The notes under the pieces: generated by a model
Databases searched by the model: none
Told to the model about the DNA's origin: nothing
Seen by the model: the letters and a program-made list of their open reading frames with translations, nothing else
Program-made: the position numbers and the translations under genes
NCBI GenBank assembly: GCA_031409655.1
Contig: JANNXQ010000279.1
Coordinates: 1-31,953, forward strand
DNA from: Chthoniobacteraceae bacterium
GTDB lineage: Bacteria; Verrucomicrobiota; Verrucomicrobiia; Chthoniobacterales; Chthoniobacteraceae
Reading direction: 5' to 3'
DNA length: 31,953 nt
Part shown: one piece after another, positions 13,244-21,629 of the stretch
How the letters are laid out: each line of letters opens with the position of its first letter
How positions within the stretch are numbered: position 1 is the first letter of the stretch

Positions 13244-14251
13244 TCACCCGGCCGCAAGGACCGCCTCGGCCACTCGCCGGATTCGTCGTTTCAGCTCCGC
13301 CGGCTCCAGCACCCTCGCGTGCTGGCCCCAGCTCAGCACCCAGCGCTCGATCTCCTCCAAACTGCCGAGCTCGATACTCATCTCCAGGTCGCCGCCCGGC
13401 AACGTCCGCATTTTCTGCGTCGCATGCCATTGCCGCTCGGAGACCAGCCGCGCGGCGAACGCATCAAAGCGAACTTTCACCCGATGCCGGGCCTTTCCCT
13501 TAAACACGCCAAAGCTGTCCCCAAGATGATTTGCGATGGAGAAATCGGCCGGACGCAGGAAGCGCATTCCGGTGTTCTTGACTGTGCGCATCCGGGGCAT
13601 GGCAAAGGTCCGGAGTTGCTGGCGGGCCAGGTCCAAACCGAAGAGATACCACTGATTTTCGACGCAACCGAGGTGATAGGGCTGCACCCGGCGGGCCTCG
13701 TGCCGGGCACTGCCGAGCTTCTTGTATTCGAAGGCCAGCTCGTGGGAATCGAGCACCGCCCGGCTCACCGTCTCGAACAATTCGAGATCCGCCACGCTGG
13801 TGCCGAGCCCGCGGAACGAAATCGCCGAATCCACATCGCCCCACTGGAACCCGATCCGGTCCTTCAACCCTTCAGTGATCTTCTCGAAGGCGGTCCGCAA
13901 TGGCTTTTCGAAGGACGTGCCCCGGTATTGTTCCAACGCCTTTTGTGCCACGAAGAGGGCCACGACTTCGCCCTCGGAGACCTCGATGCTCGGGAAACTC
14001 GTGACCGGCTCCGTGTAAATGAAACCGAAATGGAGCTGGTCGTATGCGATCGGCAGTCCGAGCTGATCGCGCATGAAGTCGATGTCGCGCTGGATGGTCT
14101 TGGTTGAGACCTCCAACTCGTCGGCCAGCTTCCGGCAATTCGGGAAACTCCCCGCCTGAAGCTGCTGATGCATCTGGAGCATCCGGGCCAGCGGCGGCCG
14201 GGAGAATTGCTGGATCTTGGGGGAGCGAACTCGGGATCTCGAACGCGACAT
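13244..14251 (-). CDS. HTH-WYL-WCX transcriptional regulator (YafY/PafC-like)
   Basis: LADELEVSTKTIQRDI winged HTH, VQPYHL...WYLFG...LRTF WYL core, and WVLSWG...VLEP WCX domain. Confidence 0.95.
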   Translation of the reverse strand: MSRSRSRVRSPKIQQFSRPPLARMLQMHQQLQAGSFPNCRKLADELEVSTKTIQRDIDFMRDQLGLPIAYDQLHFGFIYTEPVTSFPSIEVSEGEVVALFVAQKALEQYRGTSFEKPLRTAFEKITEGLKDRIGFQWGDVDSAISFRGLGTSVADLELFETVSRAVLDSHELAFEYKKLGSARHEARRVQPYHLGCVENQWYLFGLDLARQQLRTFAMPRMRTVKNTGMRFLRPADFSIANHLGDSFGVFKGKARHRVKVRFDAFAARLVSERQWHATQKMRTLPGGDLEMSIELGSLEEIERWVLSWGQHARVLEPAELKRRIRRVAEAVLAAG

Positions 14252-14317
14252 GTCTCTTCGGGTAACGGGGGCGTTTCACCGCCTCAAGAAAAATACGGAA
14301 AAGAAAACTTCCGGGTG

Positions 14318-14332
14318 GGACAGCATTTGTCC
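14318..14332. promoter_or_regulatory. Candidate WYL-regulator operator 2 (GGAC-N7-GTCC)
   Basis: GGACAGCATTTGTCC, about 66 nt upstream of the WYL start; same half-sites and spacing as operator 1. Confidence 0.55.
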
Positions 14333-14598
14333 GGGAGGCCGTGCTGAACTCGACCCTTGGTTGAAAAACCTGGCTCTGGGAGATGGCACGAAGGCCTCAC
14401 GGAATGCAGGAGGAACCCGGAGCCAGGCTTTTCGTGGCAACAACCTTAACCATTTCCACCTGAAAACTTCCGAAGGCGGCGCGCTCAGGCCCGATGCTCC
14501 TTCACCTACCGACAGCGCCAAACTGCATGAACACGGCGAGAATGCTGAACTTCGCTATCGATTCAAGGCGCTACTCGCTCGCATTCGCAACGATGCGC

Positions 14599-14725
14599 TC
14601 ACGCCTTTGCGTCTTTCATCCGCTGCTCCAATTCCTCCAGAGTCATCCGCCGGTGTCGCACTTCGGTTTCCAATTCAACCTTGTTCCCATAGAGCTTCGG
14701 CATGTGCGCGGCCAGCAGGCGGATG
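14599..14725 (-). pseudogene. 3' fragment of the TerS-like gene (duplicate of 17312-17438)
   Basis: 14608-14725 matches 17321-17438 at 113/118 nt; encodes IRLLAAHMPKLYGNKVELETEVRHRRMTLEELEQRMKDAKA*. Confidence 0.9.
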
Positions 14726-15390
14726 CGCCCGTGGAAGGGTTCGAGCACTTCGACGAGGAGTTTGACGAGCTGGTGGGCGTGTAGAATTGATGAGTGCCTC
14801 CGCGCTCACCCTACGGGCTGCCACAGCAGTCGATCTCGCTCCGCTCGGTTCGCCGCCTTTCTGCCCCTCGCTGATGGCGAAGGTGCCGAGGAAGTATTCG
14901 TAGATTTTGCCGAAGGCGTCGCCGCTCAGTCCGCTGGGGATGGAGGAGAGCGTCTTGAGCAGCTCGGCGAGCAGGCGGGAATCGAAGATCTGGTAGCTCT
15001 TCGGCAGGACGCCGGCCATGTGGGGATTGTCCCGCTCGATGGCCCGCATGGCGTCGTTGACGGCGAGGCCGATGTCGGTGCCTTCGGGGAGATTCAGCAG
15101 GTGCGCGTAGCGCGTGGTGGCGGGCAGATAAAGGATGGCCTCGGCGTGGTAGGCCGCGGGGTCGTCCATGCGCGTGCCACGGAGGGAGGAGCCGGCGGCT
15201 TTTTCGAGTTCAGCCCGGTGCTTGGCAAGCGATCCTCGGCAAAGCGCAGAAAGATGAGGCCGAGGACGGGCTCGGAGTATTCCGATTGTTTCAGCCTTGC
15301 GCCGGCCCAGAGCTGATTGGCAGCGGCCCAGAGGCGCTTTTCGAGCGCGTCGTTGGCAGCGTCCTTTTCCGAGGGGGCAATCCAGATCAT
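14722..15390 (-). pseudogene. hsdM: Truncated, frameshifted type I restriction-modification methyltransferase subunit
   Basis: [49 protein letters not shown] and VKLLVEVLEPFHGRI lie in several frames. Ends before the DPACG motif. Confidence 0.9.
14787..14848. mobile_element. 60-bp structured mini-insertion with a 2-bp TT duplication in hsdM
   Basis: Splits GGCGAA|TTCTAC (GGE|FYTP) exactly; contains three short hairpins. Confidence 0.7.
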
Positions 15391-15547
15391 TCATTGCAGT
15401 AGGAAAAATCCACCGCTGGGAGGCGAGCACAGCGCTCGACGCCCCGCAATGGCGTGCAATGTGCCGGGACGGCGTGCAAACTGGCGGATGGCGCGGATTC
15501 CGCCAGCCTGCTCACAACCCCTATCGGTCCAGCCCCCCAACGTCGCC

Positions 15548-17305
15548 ATGAAGACAATCACACCCTCCACCACCCTCCCCTCACTCCTCGCGTTCCGGCA
15601 CCTCCGTCCCCTCGTCTTGCTCGCATTTGCTGCCCTCGCGACGCTCTGCCGCCCGGCGACCGCCGCACCGGGCGACCTTGATCTCACCTTCGGCGGCACT
15701 GGCAAGGTGACGACCGACATTGGTGGCAGCGATGACTCCGGCAGTGGTGTAGTCGTCCAGAGCGATGGAAAGATCATTCTCGCGGGAACCTCGACGAATG
15801 GCAGCAGCAGCTACTTCACTGTGGTCCGCTATAAAATCGATGGGAGCCTCGACACGAGCTTTAATGGCATTGGAAAGGTGGCAACCTCAATCAGCAACGG
15901 CGACAATTACGCCAGAAGTGTGGCCCTACAGAGCGACGGAAAGATAGTTGTTGCCGGCTCTTCTGGCGTAACGAGCAACCCGGATTTTGCGGTGCTGCGC
16001 TACAATACCAACGGCACCCTAGACACGACATTCAACGGCACCGGCACGGTGACGACGGAGTTCATCGGGGCGGATGATCATGCAAACAGCGTGGTCATCC
16101 AGAGCAATGGCAAAATAGTGCTGGCCGGCAACTCTAATGGCAACAACACCCGTTTTGCGCTGGCGCGCTACAACGCTAATGGCAGCTTGGACACGAGTTT
16201 CAACGGCACTGGCAAGGTGACCACCGCGATCGGCATTTATTCTGACTCCATTCAAAGTGCCACGTTGCAGAGCGATGGGAAAATCGTGGTCGCGGGTTAT
16301 ACGCACAACGGCAGCAGCAACGACATTGCGGTGGCGCGTTACAACGTCAACGGCACGATCGATACCACTTTCAACAACACTGGAAAGGTTGTCACCGTGG
16401 TAGGCTTCGAAGCATCCGCGCAAAGCGTGGCGATGCAGACAGACGGCAAAATCGTGGTAGCCGGATACTCTTACACCATTGGCACCAGAAGTGACATAGT
16501 AGTGCTTCGGTATAACTCCGACGGAAGCTTGGATACGACTTTCAATGGCACTGGCAATGTGATTACTGCGTTCGCTTCCAGCTCATTTGGTGAGAGCGTG
16601 GGGGTGCAAGGTGGCGGGAAAATCGTCGTGGCTGGCAATGCCGTGAGCGGTGCAACTCAGGCATTCGCGCTGTTGCGCTACAACTCCAATGGGAGTCTCG
16701 ACACGACTTTCAACGGCACAGGCAAGGTGGCCACCGTGATCGGGAGCAGCGGCTTTGGGATAGGCGGAAGCCTGGCCTTTCAGCGCGATGGCAGGATAGT
16801 GGTGGCAGGCACTACTTACAATAGCAGCAACAACGACTTTGTAGTCGTGCGCTACGGCGATCCCGATGGAGATGGTGACGGAGTTCCGGATCGTTACGAA
16901 ACTGGAACTGGCATTTATGTTTCTCCAGAAAACACCGGCACGAGTCCGACCAATCCCGATACCGACGGCGACGGACTCAACGATGGCGCGGAAGTGAATA
17001 CGTATCATTCCAATCCCCACGTTCGGGACACGGATGGCGATGGGTTCGACGACGGTTTCGAGGTCTCGACCGGATTCAGCCCGACATCCGCGGCGAGCAC
17101 TCCCGATGCCCTCTCTACGATCCTCACGGCGGTTGAATATCGCTTTAACGCCGCAAACGGAATCAGCTACCGGATCGAAGCCTCCACCGACCTCGCGAGC
17201 TGGACGACGGTAGAGACGCCCGTCGTCGGCACGGGCGGCGTCATCACGCGTTTTTACTCCATCGAAGGGCAGACGAGGCGCTATTTCCGCTCTCGGCGCA
17301 ATTGA
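15548..17305 (+). CDS. Secreted delta-60 repeat (beta-propeller) protein with Ca-binding DxDGDG repeats
   Basis: Signal-peptide-like N-terminus, seven G(S/T/D)(L/I)DxxFxxxGxV/QSDGKIVVAG repeats, DGDGDGVPD and DTDGDGLNDG repeats, C-terminal YRIEASTDLASW...RRYFR domain. Start placed at ATG 15548. Confidence 0.9.
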   Translation: MKTITPSTTLPSLLAFRHLRPLVLLAFAALATLCRPATAAPGDLDLTFGGTGKVTTDIGGSDDSGSGVVVQSDGKIILAGTSTNGSSSYFTVVRYKIDGSLDTSFNGIGKVATSISNGDNYARSVALQSDGKIVVAGSSGVTSNPDFAVLRYNTNGTLDTTFNGTGTVTTEFIGADDHANSVVIQSNGKIVLAGNSNGNNTRFALARYNANGSLDTSFNGTGKVTTAIGIYSDSIQSATLQSDGKIVVAGYTHNGSSNDIAVARYNVNGTIDTTFNNTGKVVTVVGFEASAQSVAMQTDGKIVVAGYSYTIGTRSDIVVLRYNSDGSLDTTFNGTGNVITAFASSSFGESVGVQGGGKIVVAGNAVSGATQAFALLRYNSNGSLDTTFNGTGKVATVIGSSGFGIGGSLAFQRDGRIVVAGTTYNSSNNDFVVVRYGDPDGDGDGVPDRYETGTGIYVSPENTGTSPTNPDTDGDGLNDGAEVNTYHSNPHVRDTDGDGFDDGFEVSTGFSPTSAASTPDALSTILTAVEYRFNAANGISYRIEASTDLASWTTVETPVVGTGGVITRFYSIEGQTRRYFRSRRN

Positions 17306-17311
17306 TGTCGC

Positions 17312-17899
17312 TCATGCCCGTGCGTCTTTCATCCGCTGTTCCAATTCATCCAGAGTCATCCGCCGGTGTCGCACTTCGGTTTCCAATTCGACCTTGTTCC
17401 CATAAACCTTCGGCATGTGCGCGGCCAGCAGGCGGATGAGCAGCGCATCGGAATACTGGTGTTCGACGTACGGCTCGCCGGTTTCCGGATCGAGATAGGG
17501 TTCGCCGGTCTTTGGATTGAACTTGATCGTCCGCACGCCATCGCGCGCCCTTCGCACCGCCTCGTCCACCAGCGACAAATCTGCCTGCTCGCGGGCGGCA
17601 GTTTCCAAAGCCGCAAATTCCGGGTTGCTCTTGCGCTCCTGCCAGACCGTTTGCCGATCCACCCTGGCCGCTTCACACGAGCGCACGTGCATCCCGGTCT
17701 CGCTCAGCGCCCCCAGGTAGGCCGGACGCCAATCCCGACGGGTGCATTGCTTAGCGCGCGCGTGCGCATCTCTGTGGCAATTCCCCGTCCGCTTCGCCCG
17801 CGCGCGTGTGGGATGTAAGTCTTGGTAAGGTTTCTCAGGACGGGTCGCGGTAGCTTTCAATGGATCGGCAGCCTTCTGAATGGTGGATAGAGTTTTCAT
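17312..17899 (-). CDS. Phage terminase small subunit-like HTH protein
   Basis: YLGALSETG...SCEAARVDRQTVWQERKSNPEFA HTH, EAVRRA, and YSDALLIRLL...PKVY motif; downstream of the helicase in the element. Confidence 0.65.
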   Translation of the reverse strand: MKTLSTIQKAADPLKATATRPEKPYQDLHPTRARAKRTGNCHRDAHARAKQCTRRDWRPAYLGALSETGMHVRSCEAARVDRQTVWQERKSNPEFAALETAAREQADLSLVDEAVRRARDGVRTIKFNPKTGEPYLDPETGEPYVEHQYSDALLIRLLAAHMPKVYGNKVELETEVRHRRMTLDELEQRMKDARA

Positions 17900-17965
17900 A
17901 GAAGTCACATGTGACCCTCAGTCGCTGTGTCGAGCGCTGAGTCAGTTGTCCCTCTGCATTCGTTC

Positions 17966-18069
17966 GAGACAGAGACTTTCCCGCCCGTATAGAATACGGG
18001 GCGGGAGAGTCTGTCTCATTCCTCGCGGTGTGAGACTCTCCCGCTGCCTGGGAAAGTCGGGAAAGTCTC
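17966..18069. other. Putative replication origin (palindrome plus iterons)
   Basis: Imperfect inverted repeat 17966-18017 centred on CCCGTATAGAATACGGG. Five GACT(T/C)TCCC units in both orientations, immediately after the helicase stop. Confidence 0.6.
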
Positions 18070-19591
18070 ATCCATTCACCACTGCAAGCCCTTGCTGGTG
18101 GAGGGAAATCCTCACTTCGGCGTTTGTTCCACTGCGATTTATACGCCAGACGAAAGCCTGCTCGTTCTTAATCAACCGCTTGAGCGTCTCTTCGGCACCA
18201 TGCTTCGAAAAACCTCGCTCCCGCGCCGCCTTTATCAGTTCCGTCTTTGGGCTTGCTCCATCTGTCGGGATGAGCGCCTTCAGGTCCGCATCCGTCTTCA
18301 CTGGCTTCCGGGCTTTCTTTGCGGCTGTAGCGGCTTCTAAAGCCTCCATGTCCTCATCCGTTGCCAAACGCCAATAGAGCCCGTCTGATGCGTGGCAATA
18401 GTGCCGCATCGTCTCGCGCACGCCTTTCTCGGTCACCCATCCGATGCGTCCTCCACGTTTGGCAGCAATGAATCGGAAAACGTGCGGGGCATGTGTCGGG
18501 TCAATCACCAGTATAGCCCTTGCCCAATTGGTGACATCGGCACTACCCGCGCCGGCATACATCCAATCGCTGCCACGCCAGCCCGATGTGTCGCGGTTTG
18601 TTACTTTTGGGGTATGATGATTCAGCACACAGGCCACGGCACGCTTCGCGAGAATCGGATTGAGACCTTTCCTCAGAAACGCCGCCGTGCTTTCGGCGTC
18701 GCTTACGTCGGCGCCGAGATACGCCATGAAAGGGTCAATCCGCAATAGATCGAACTTCCCACTGCATAACCTTGAATCGACATAGGTCAGAAATTCCGCG
18801 CCAGTACGCCCGCAGTCGGTCTCGTAGAATACCCTGTGACGGACGGCTTCGCGATCTTCATCGGACAGACGCAGGCCGGAACAAACACCCTCCCTCATTT
18901 CGACAAGATCCCCATCGTCATTCTCGGCCTGAATGCAGAGTATGCGCAGCGGCCGTTGAGGGCGAATGCCAAAAGCTTCACGGCCCAGCGCCCATAGTAA
19001 ATCCTGCTGTACGCTCGCAGACGATTTGCCGATGCCCGATGGGCCTACGAATAGCATCGACCCGCCAACGCATAGGAACCGGCAGCCGAGAATGGTCTTT
19101 TCCGACTCCAGCGTGCAGGATTCGATGTCCATCAGGGCGCGCGGTGGAGCAATGCGAGCGGCGCTCTCACGGAGTTTCTCGACACTCTGCATCGCATTGT
19201 CAAAGGCAGAGAAGCCCTCTCCGGACACGATCTTCTCGCTGAGTTCTTTCGCAGTCCGTATCTGCTCACGATGTATCCACTTGTCGCGGATCCTGTCGAG
19301 GTAGTACCTCGCTGCCGGTATTCCTGGCGCAGCCTCGTCAATCAGTGCGTGAATACCCACCGCACCGCCGACTCTGGCAAGTTGGTCGCGCTCAGTTAAC
19401 AAGTTGAGCACTGAATGCGGAATGAGAGCCCCCCCCTCGCTGGCGACATCGACGATTGCTTGCAATACGAGATTGAGTGGCTCGCTAAAATAGTCGGGCG
19501 AAACCTCGGCCGATAACTCCGCAAAAAGCTGAGCCCGGAACAACGATCCGAGGACAGCCCGCTCCGCGATAACGTCAAAGAATGATTTCAT
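18068..19591 (-). CDS. RepA/AAA_25-family helicase with a DnaB-like N-terminal domain
   Basis: AERAVLGSL N-terminus, Walker A GPSGIGKS, IQAEND, LLRIDPF, NHHTPK, AGSADVTNWARA. Start placed at MKSFF (19591). Confidence 0.85.
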   Translation of the reverse strand: MKSFFDVIAERAVLGSLFRAQLFAELSAEVSPDYFSEPLNLVLQAIVDVASEGGALIPHSVLNLLTERDQLARVGGAVGIHALIDEAAPGIPAARYYLDRIRDKWIHREQIRTAKELSEKIVSGEGFSAFDNAMQSVEKLRESAARIAPPRALMDIESCTLESEKTILGCRFLCVGGSMLFVGPSGIGKSSASVQQDLLWALGREAFGIRPQRPLRILCIQAENDDGDLVEMREGVCSGLRLSDEDREAVRHRVFYETDCGRTGAEFLTYVDSRLCSGKFDLLRIDPFMAYLGADVSDAESTAAFLRKGLNPILAKRAVACVLNHHTPKVTNRDTSGWRGSDWMYAGAGSADVTNWARAILVIDPTHAPHVFRFIAAKRGGRIGWVTEKGVRETMRHYCHASDGLYWRLATDEDMEALEAATAAKKARKPVKTDADLKALIPTDGASPKTELIKAARERGFSKHGAEETLKRLIKNEQAFVWRINRSGTNAEVRISLHQQGLAVVNG

Positions 19592-19775
19592 CGCTGCGCG
19601 TATCCCCCTCGAAAAGAGGGGCGAACTGCTGCTTCGCTCCCGCCGAACCAAAGGGCCAGTGCAGCAAGAGTACGTCCATTCCGAGCAATTGAAGGAGACG
19701 TGCCACCCTTGGCCCCGCATGGAGCGGACACACTTCTTCCTTGGCGCGGTGATTGCCATTGTGTAGCTTTTTCAT
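19575..19775 (-). CDS. Small hypothetical protein, possibly a remnant primase-polymerase N-terminus
   Basis: Between xis and the helicase, overlapping the helicase start. LLGMDVLLLHWPFGSAGAK weakly resembles Prim-Pol N-termini. Confidence 0.4.
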   Translation of the reverse strand: MKKLHNGNHRAKEEVCPLHAGPRVARLLQLLGMDVLLLHWPFGSAGAKQQFAPLFEGDTRSDEIIL

Positions 19776-19838
19776 CGTAGTTTCTTCAAAAGCCGTTCCC
19801 AAACTTGCCAGCGCGGGAGCGGCTTTTGCGTGGTTGGG

Positions 19839-20069
19839 TTAGTCGTCGCTTCGGTCAGGAATCTTGTGGGTTTTGGCAAACTCCCCGGCGGCTACGCGGC
19901 GCTCGAAGTCTGCGATCGCCTCGCGATGTACGTACAAACGTCCGCAGATATTTTGGGTCGCGATCCAGCCGCGTTTGCGCCAGCGCCATCCGGTCGCCGG
20001 GGTCTTGCCGATCGCCTCCAGCCATTTCTCGTATGAAACGAGGTTGCTTGTCGTGTTTTGGTCAGTCAT
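19839..20069 (-). CDS. Excisionase-like HTH protein
   Basis: 76 aa; IGKTPATGWRWRKRGWI...GRLYV winged HTH; follows the integrase. Confidence 0.75.
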   Translation of the reverse strand: MTDQNTTSNLVSYEKWLEAIGKTPATGWRWRKRGWIATQNICGRLYVHREAIADFERRVAAGEFAKTHKIPDRSDD

Positions 20070-20234
20070 GGCACGCACATGCGACCCGCCACGCGTGTGT
20101 CGAGACTAAACTTTCACAAACTTCACGTCGCCCTCCGTCCGCGAATGCCGCGTTCAACTCGCGCTGCTATTGGCAGGCCTGGAGTTCAGATCAAACTCCC
20201 GCGCAATCTCAAAGCGGCCGGGGATTGCCAGGCG

Positions 20235-21464
20235 TCAGCGCTCAGTCTGCGCTTCTGGCAGGGCCGCAATCCCACCGTCCGCCACCTGCGGGAACGTCAC
20301 GATGGACGGACTGAAAACCAACCGCGCGGCCATGTCCCGCTTATGACCGTCCAGCAAGTGGGAATAGACTTTGCACAACAGCACCCCGCCATCCTGATGC
20401 CCAAGCCACTCGGAGATGGTCTTGAAATCAATGCCGGCCATGACCGCTCGCGAGGCGAAATAATGCCGCAGGTCGTGGAAACCCACCCAAGGCAACTCTG
20501 CTAGTTTGCGCGCCAGCTTGAACGAATCCCGTAAAGACGTGGCCGGAATGTCCGTTGAACCACGTTGGGGGCTGGGAAACAGCCAAACCGTGTCTGGAGC
20601 ACGCCGGGCAAACATCTCCCGCAGATGCCGCTCAAGATCGGGATTGAAATCCACGTAGCGCGCCCGGCCATTCTTCGACGCCCCATTCGCCCCGATGCAC
20701 AGCAACCGACCGGTGAAATCCACATCCTCCCATTTGATTTGCAACGCCTCAGTGCAACGCGCTCCACAGAACGCCAGGAAGCGCAGGTAGTCGGCAAGCT
20801 GAGGGCCATTTTTGCTGCAAGTCCGGGCCGCGGCGAGCAGCACCTCGAAATCTGCCGGAGTCAGCGTGGGTCGCTTTGGTGAAATCGCCTTCAACGGCCG
20901 AAGTCCGACCGTGGGCAGGGCGACGAGCAAGCCATCGTCCACGGCGGATTTGAGCACATTACGCAACACGATCACGTCGAGATTGGCGGTGCGCGGTGCG
21001 GCCCCCGCCCGAATCCGAGCTTTCACGAAGGCGGCAATCATGGGTTTGGTCAGCTTGTCGATGCGCACATGCCCGAGGGTTTTGATCCACTGCGCCATTG
21101 AAGTCCGCTCCCGGCTCACGGTGCCGGCCTTCCGTCCGCTGGTATTCTGCTCGTGATACTCCAGATAGTCCCGCGCGTGATCCGCCAGACTCGGCTTCAC
21201 TCCCCCTTTGGGCAGCGCCCCCTCCCGAGCCTCGACGCGGCGCCGGGCCATCTCCACTTTCGCATCCGCCAGCGTCTGAGCGACGAGCGGAATCTTGCGC
21301 GCCGACTTCTCGCCCGGCACCCGCATCTGCGCGTAATAGCGTTCCCCGCGAATCCAGAGTCCCCGGACTTTCCGATTGCGGGCATCCCGTGCGCTGTTAA
21401 AACGCAGGCGATGACTTGTGACGTTGAGTTCCGCTTCTCTGCTTGCCGTTTCATGCGTTTGCAT
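20235..21464 (-). CDS. Tyrosine recombinase/integrase
   Basis: Catalytic R (CGARCTE), K (SKNGRAR), HDLRH, WLGH and Y (KVYSH). Start at 21464 or 21482. Confidence 0.95.
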   Translation of the reverse strand: MQTHETASREAELNVTSHRLRFNSARDARNRKVRGLWIRGERYYAQMRVPGEKSARKIPLVAQTLADAKVEMARRRVEAREGALPKGGVKPSLADHARDYLEYHEQNTSGRKAGTVSRERTSMAQWIKTLGHVRIDKLTKPMIAAFVKARIRAGAAPRTANLDVIVLRNVLKSAVDDGLLVALPTVGLRPLKAISPKRPTLTPADFEVLLAAARTCSKNGPQLADYLRFLAFCGARCTEALQIKWEDVDFTGRLLCIGANGASKNGRARYVDFNPDLERHLREMFARRAPDTVWLFPSPQRGSTDIPATSLRDSFKLARKLAELPWVGFHDLRHYFASRAVMAGIDFKTISEWLGHQDGGVLLCKVYSHLLDGHKRDMAARLVFSPSIVTFPQVADGGIAALPEAQTER

Positions 21465-21473
21465 ACCATCAAA

Positions 21474-21534
21474 GTAGAACAAAATGTAGAAACGGTCAAC
21501 CTGCGCGCCCGAAAAAAGTCATAAGCTACTGATA
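21474..21534. promoter_or_regulatory. Candidate att arm: GTAGAA direct repeats and an IHF-consensus site
   Basis: GTAGAA at 21474 and 21486. The minus strand of 21522-21534 reads TATCAGTAGCTTA, matching WATCAR-N4-TTR. Confidence 0.5.
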
Positions 21535-21544
21535 CTGAACACAC

Positions 21545-21629
21545 GGCGGTGTGATGGAATGGCAGACATACCGGACTTAAAATCCGTTGGGAGGTTTCTC
21601 CCGTGCGGGTTCGAGTCCCGCCACCGCCA
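21545..21629 (+). tRNA. tRNA-Leu(TAA)
   Basis: Acceptor stem GGCGGTG/CACCGCC plus discriminator A, anticodon loop CTTAAAA, long variable arm, GGTTCGAGTCC T-arm; CCA not encoded. Confidence 0.96.

Larger units (their letters stand above)
17312..21544 (-). mobile_element. Phage-satellite (PICI-like) integrative element core; left boundary unresolved
   Basis: Co-oriented int, xis, helicase, ori and terS-like genes; no capsid or tail genes; adjacent to a tRNA. Confidence 0.75.

Noticed and set aside
14217..14765. 182-aa plus-strand ORF
   Set aside because: Overlaps the WYL start and the antisense terS/hsdM remnants; no recognisable domain.
15481..15506. TGGCGGATGGCGCGGATTC as an att copy of the tRNA end
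   Set aside because: It needs gaps to align to the tRNA and is better explained as a local hairpin (CTGGCGGA/TCCGCCAG).
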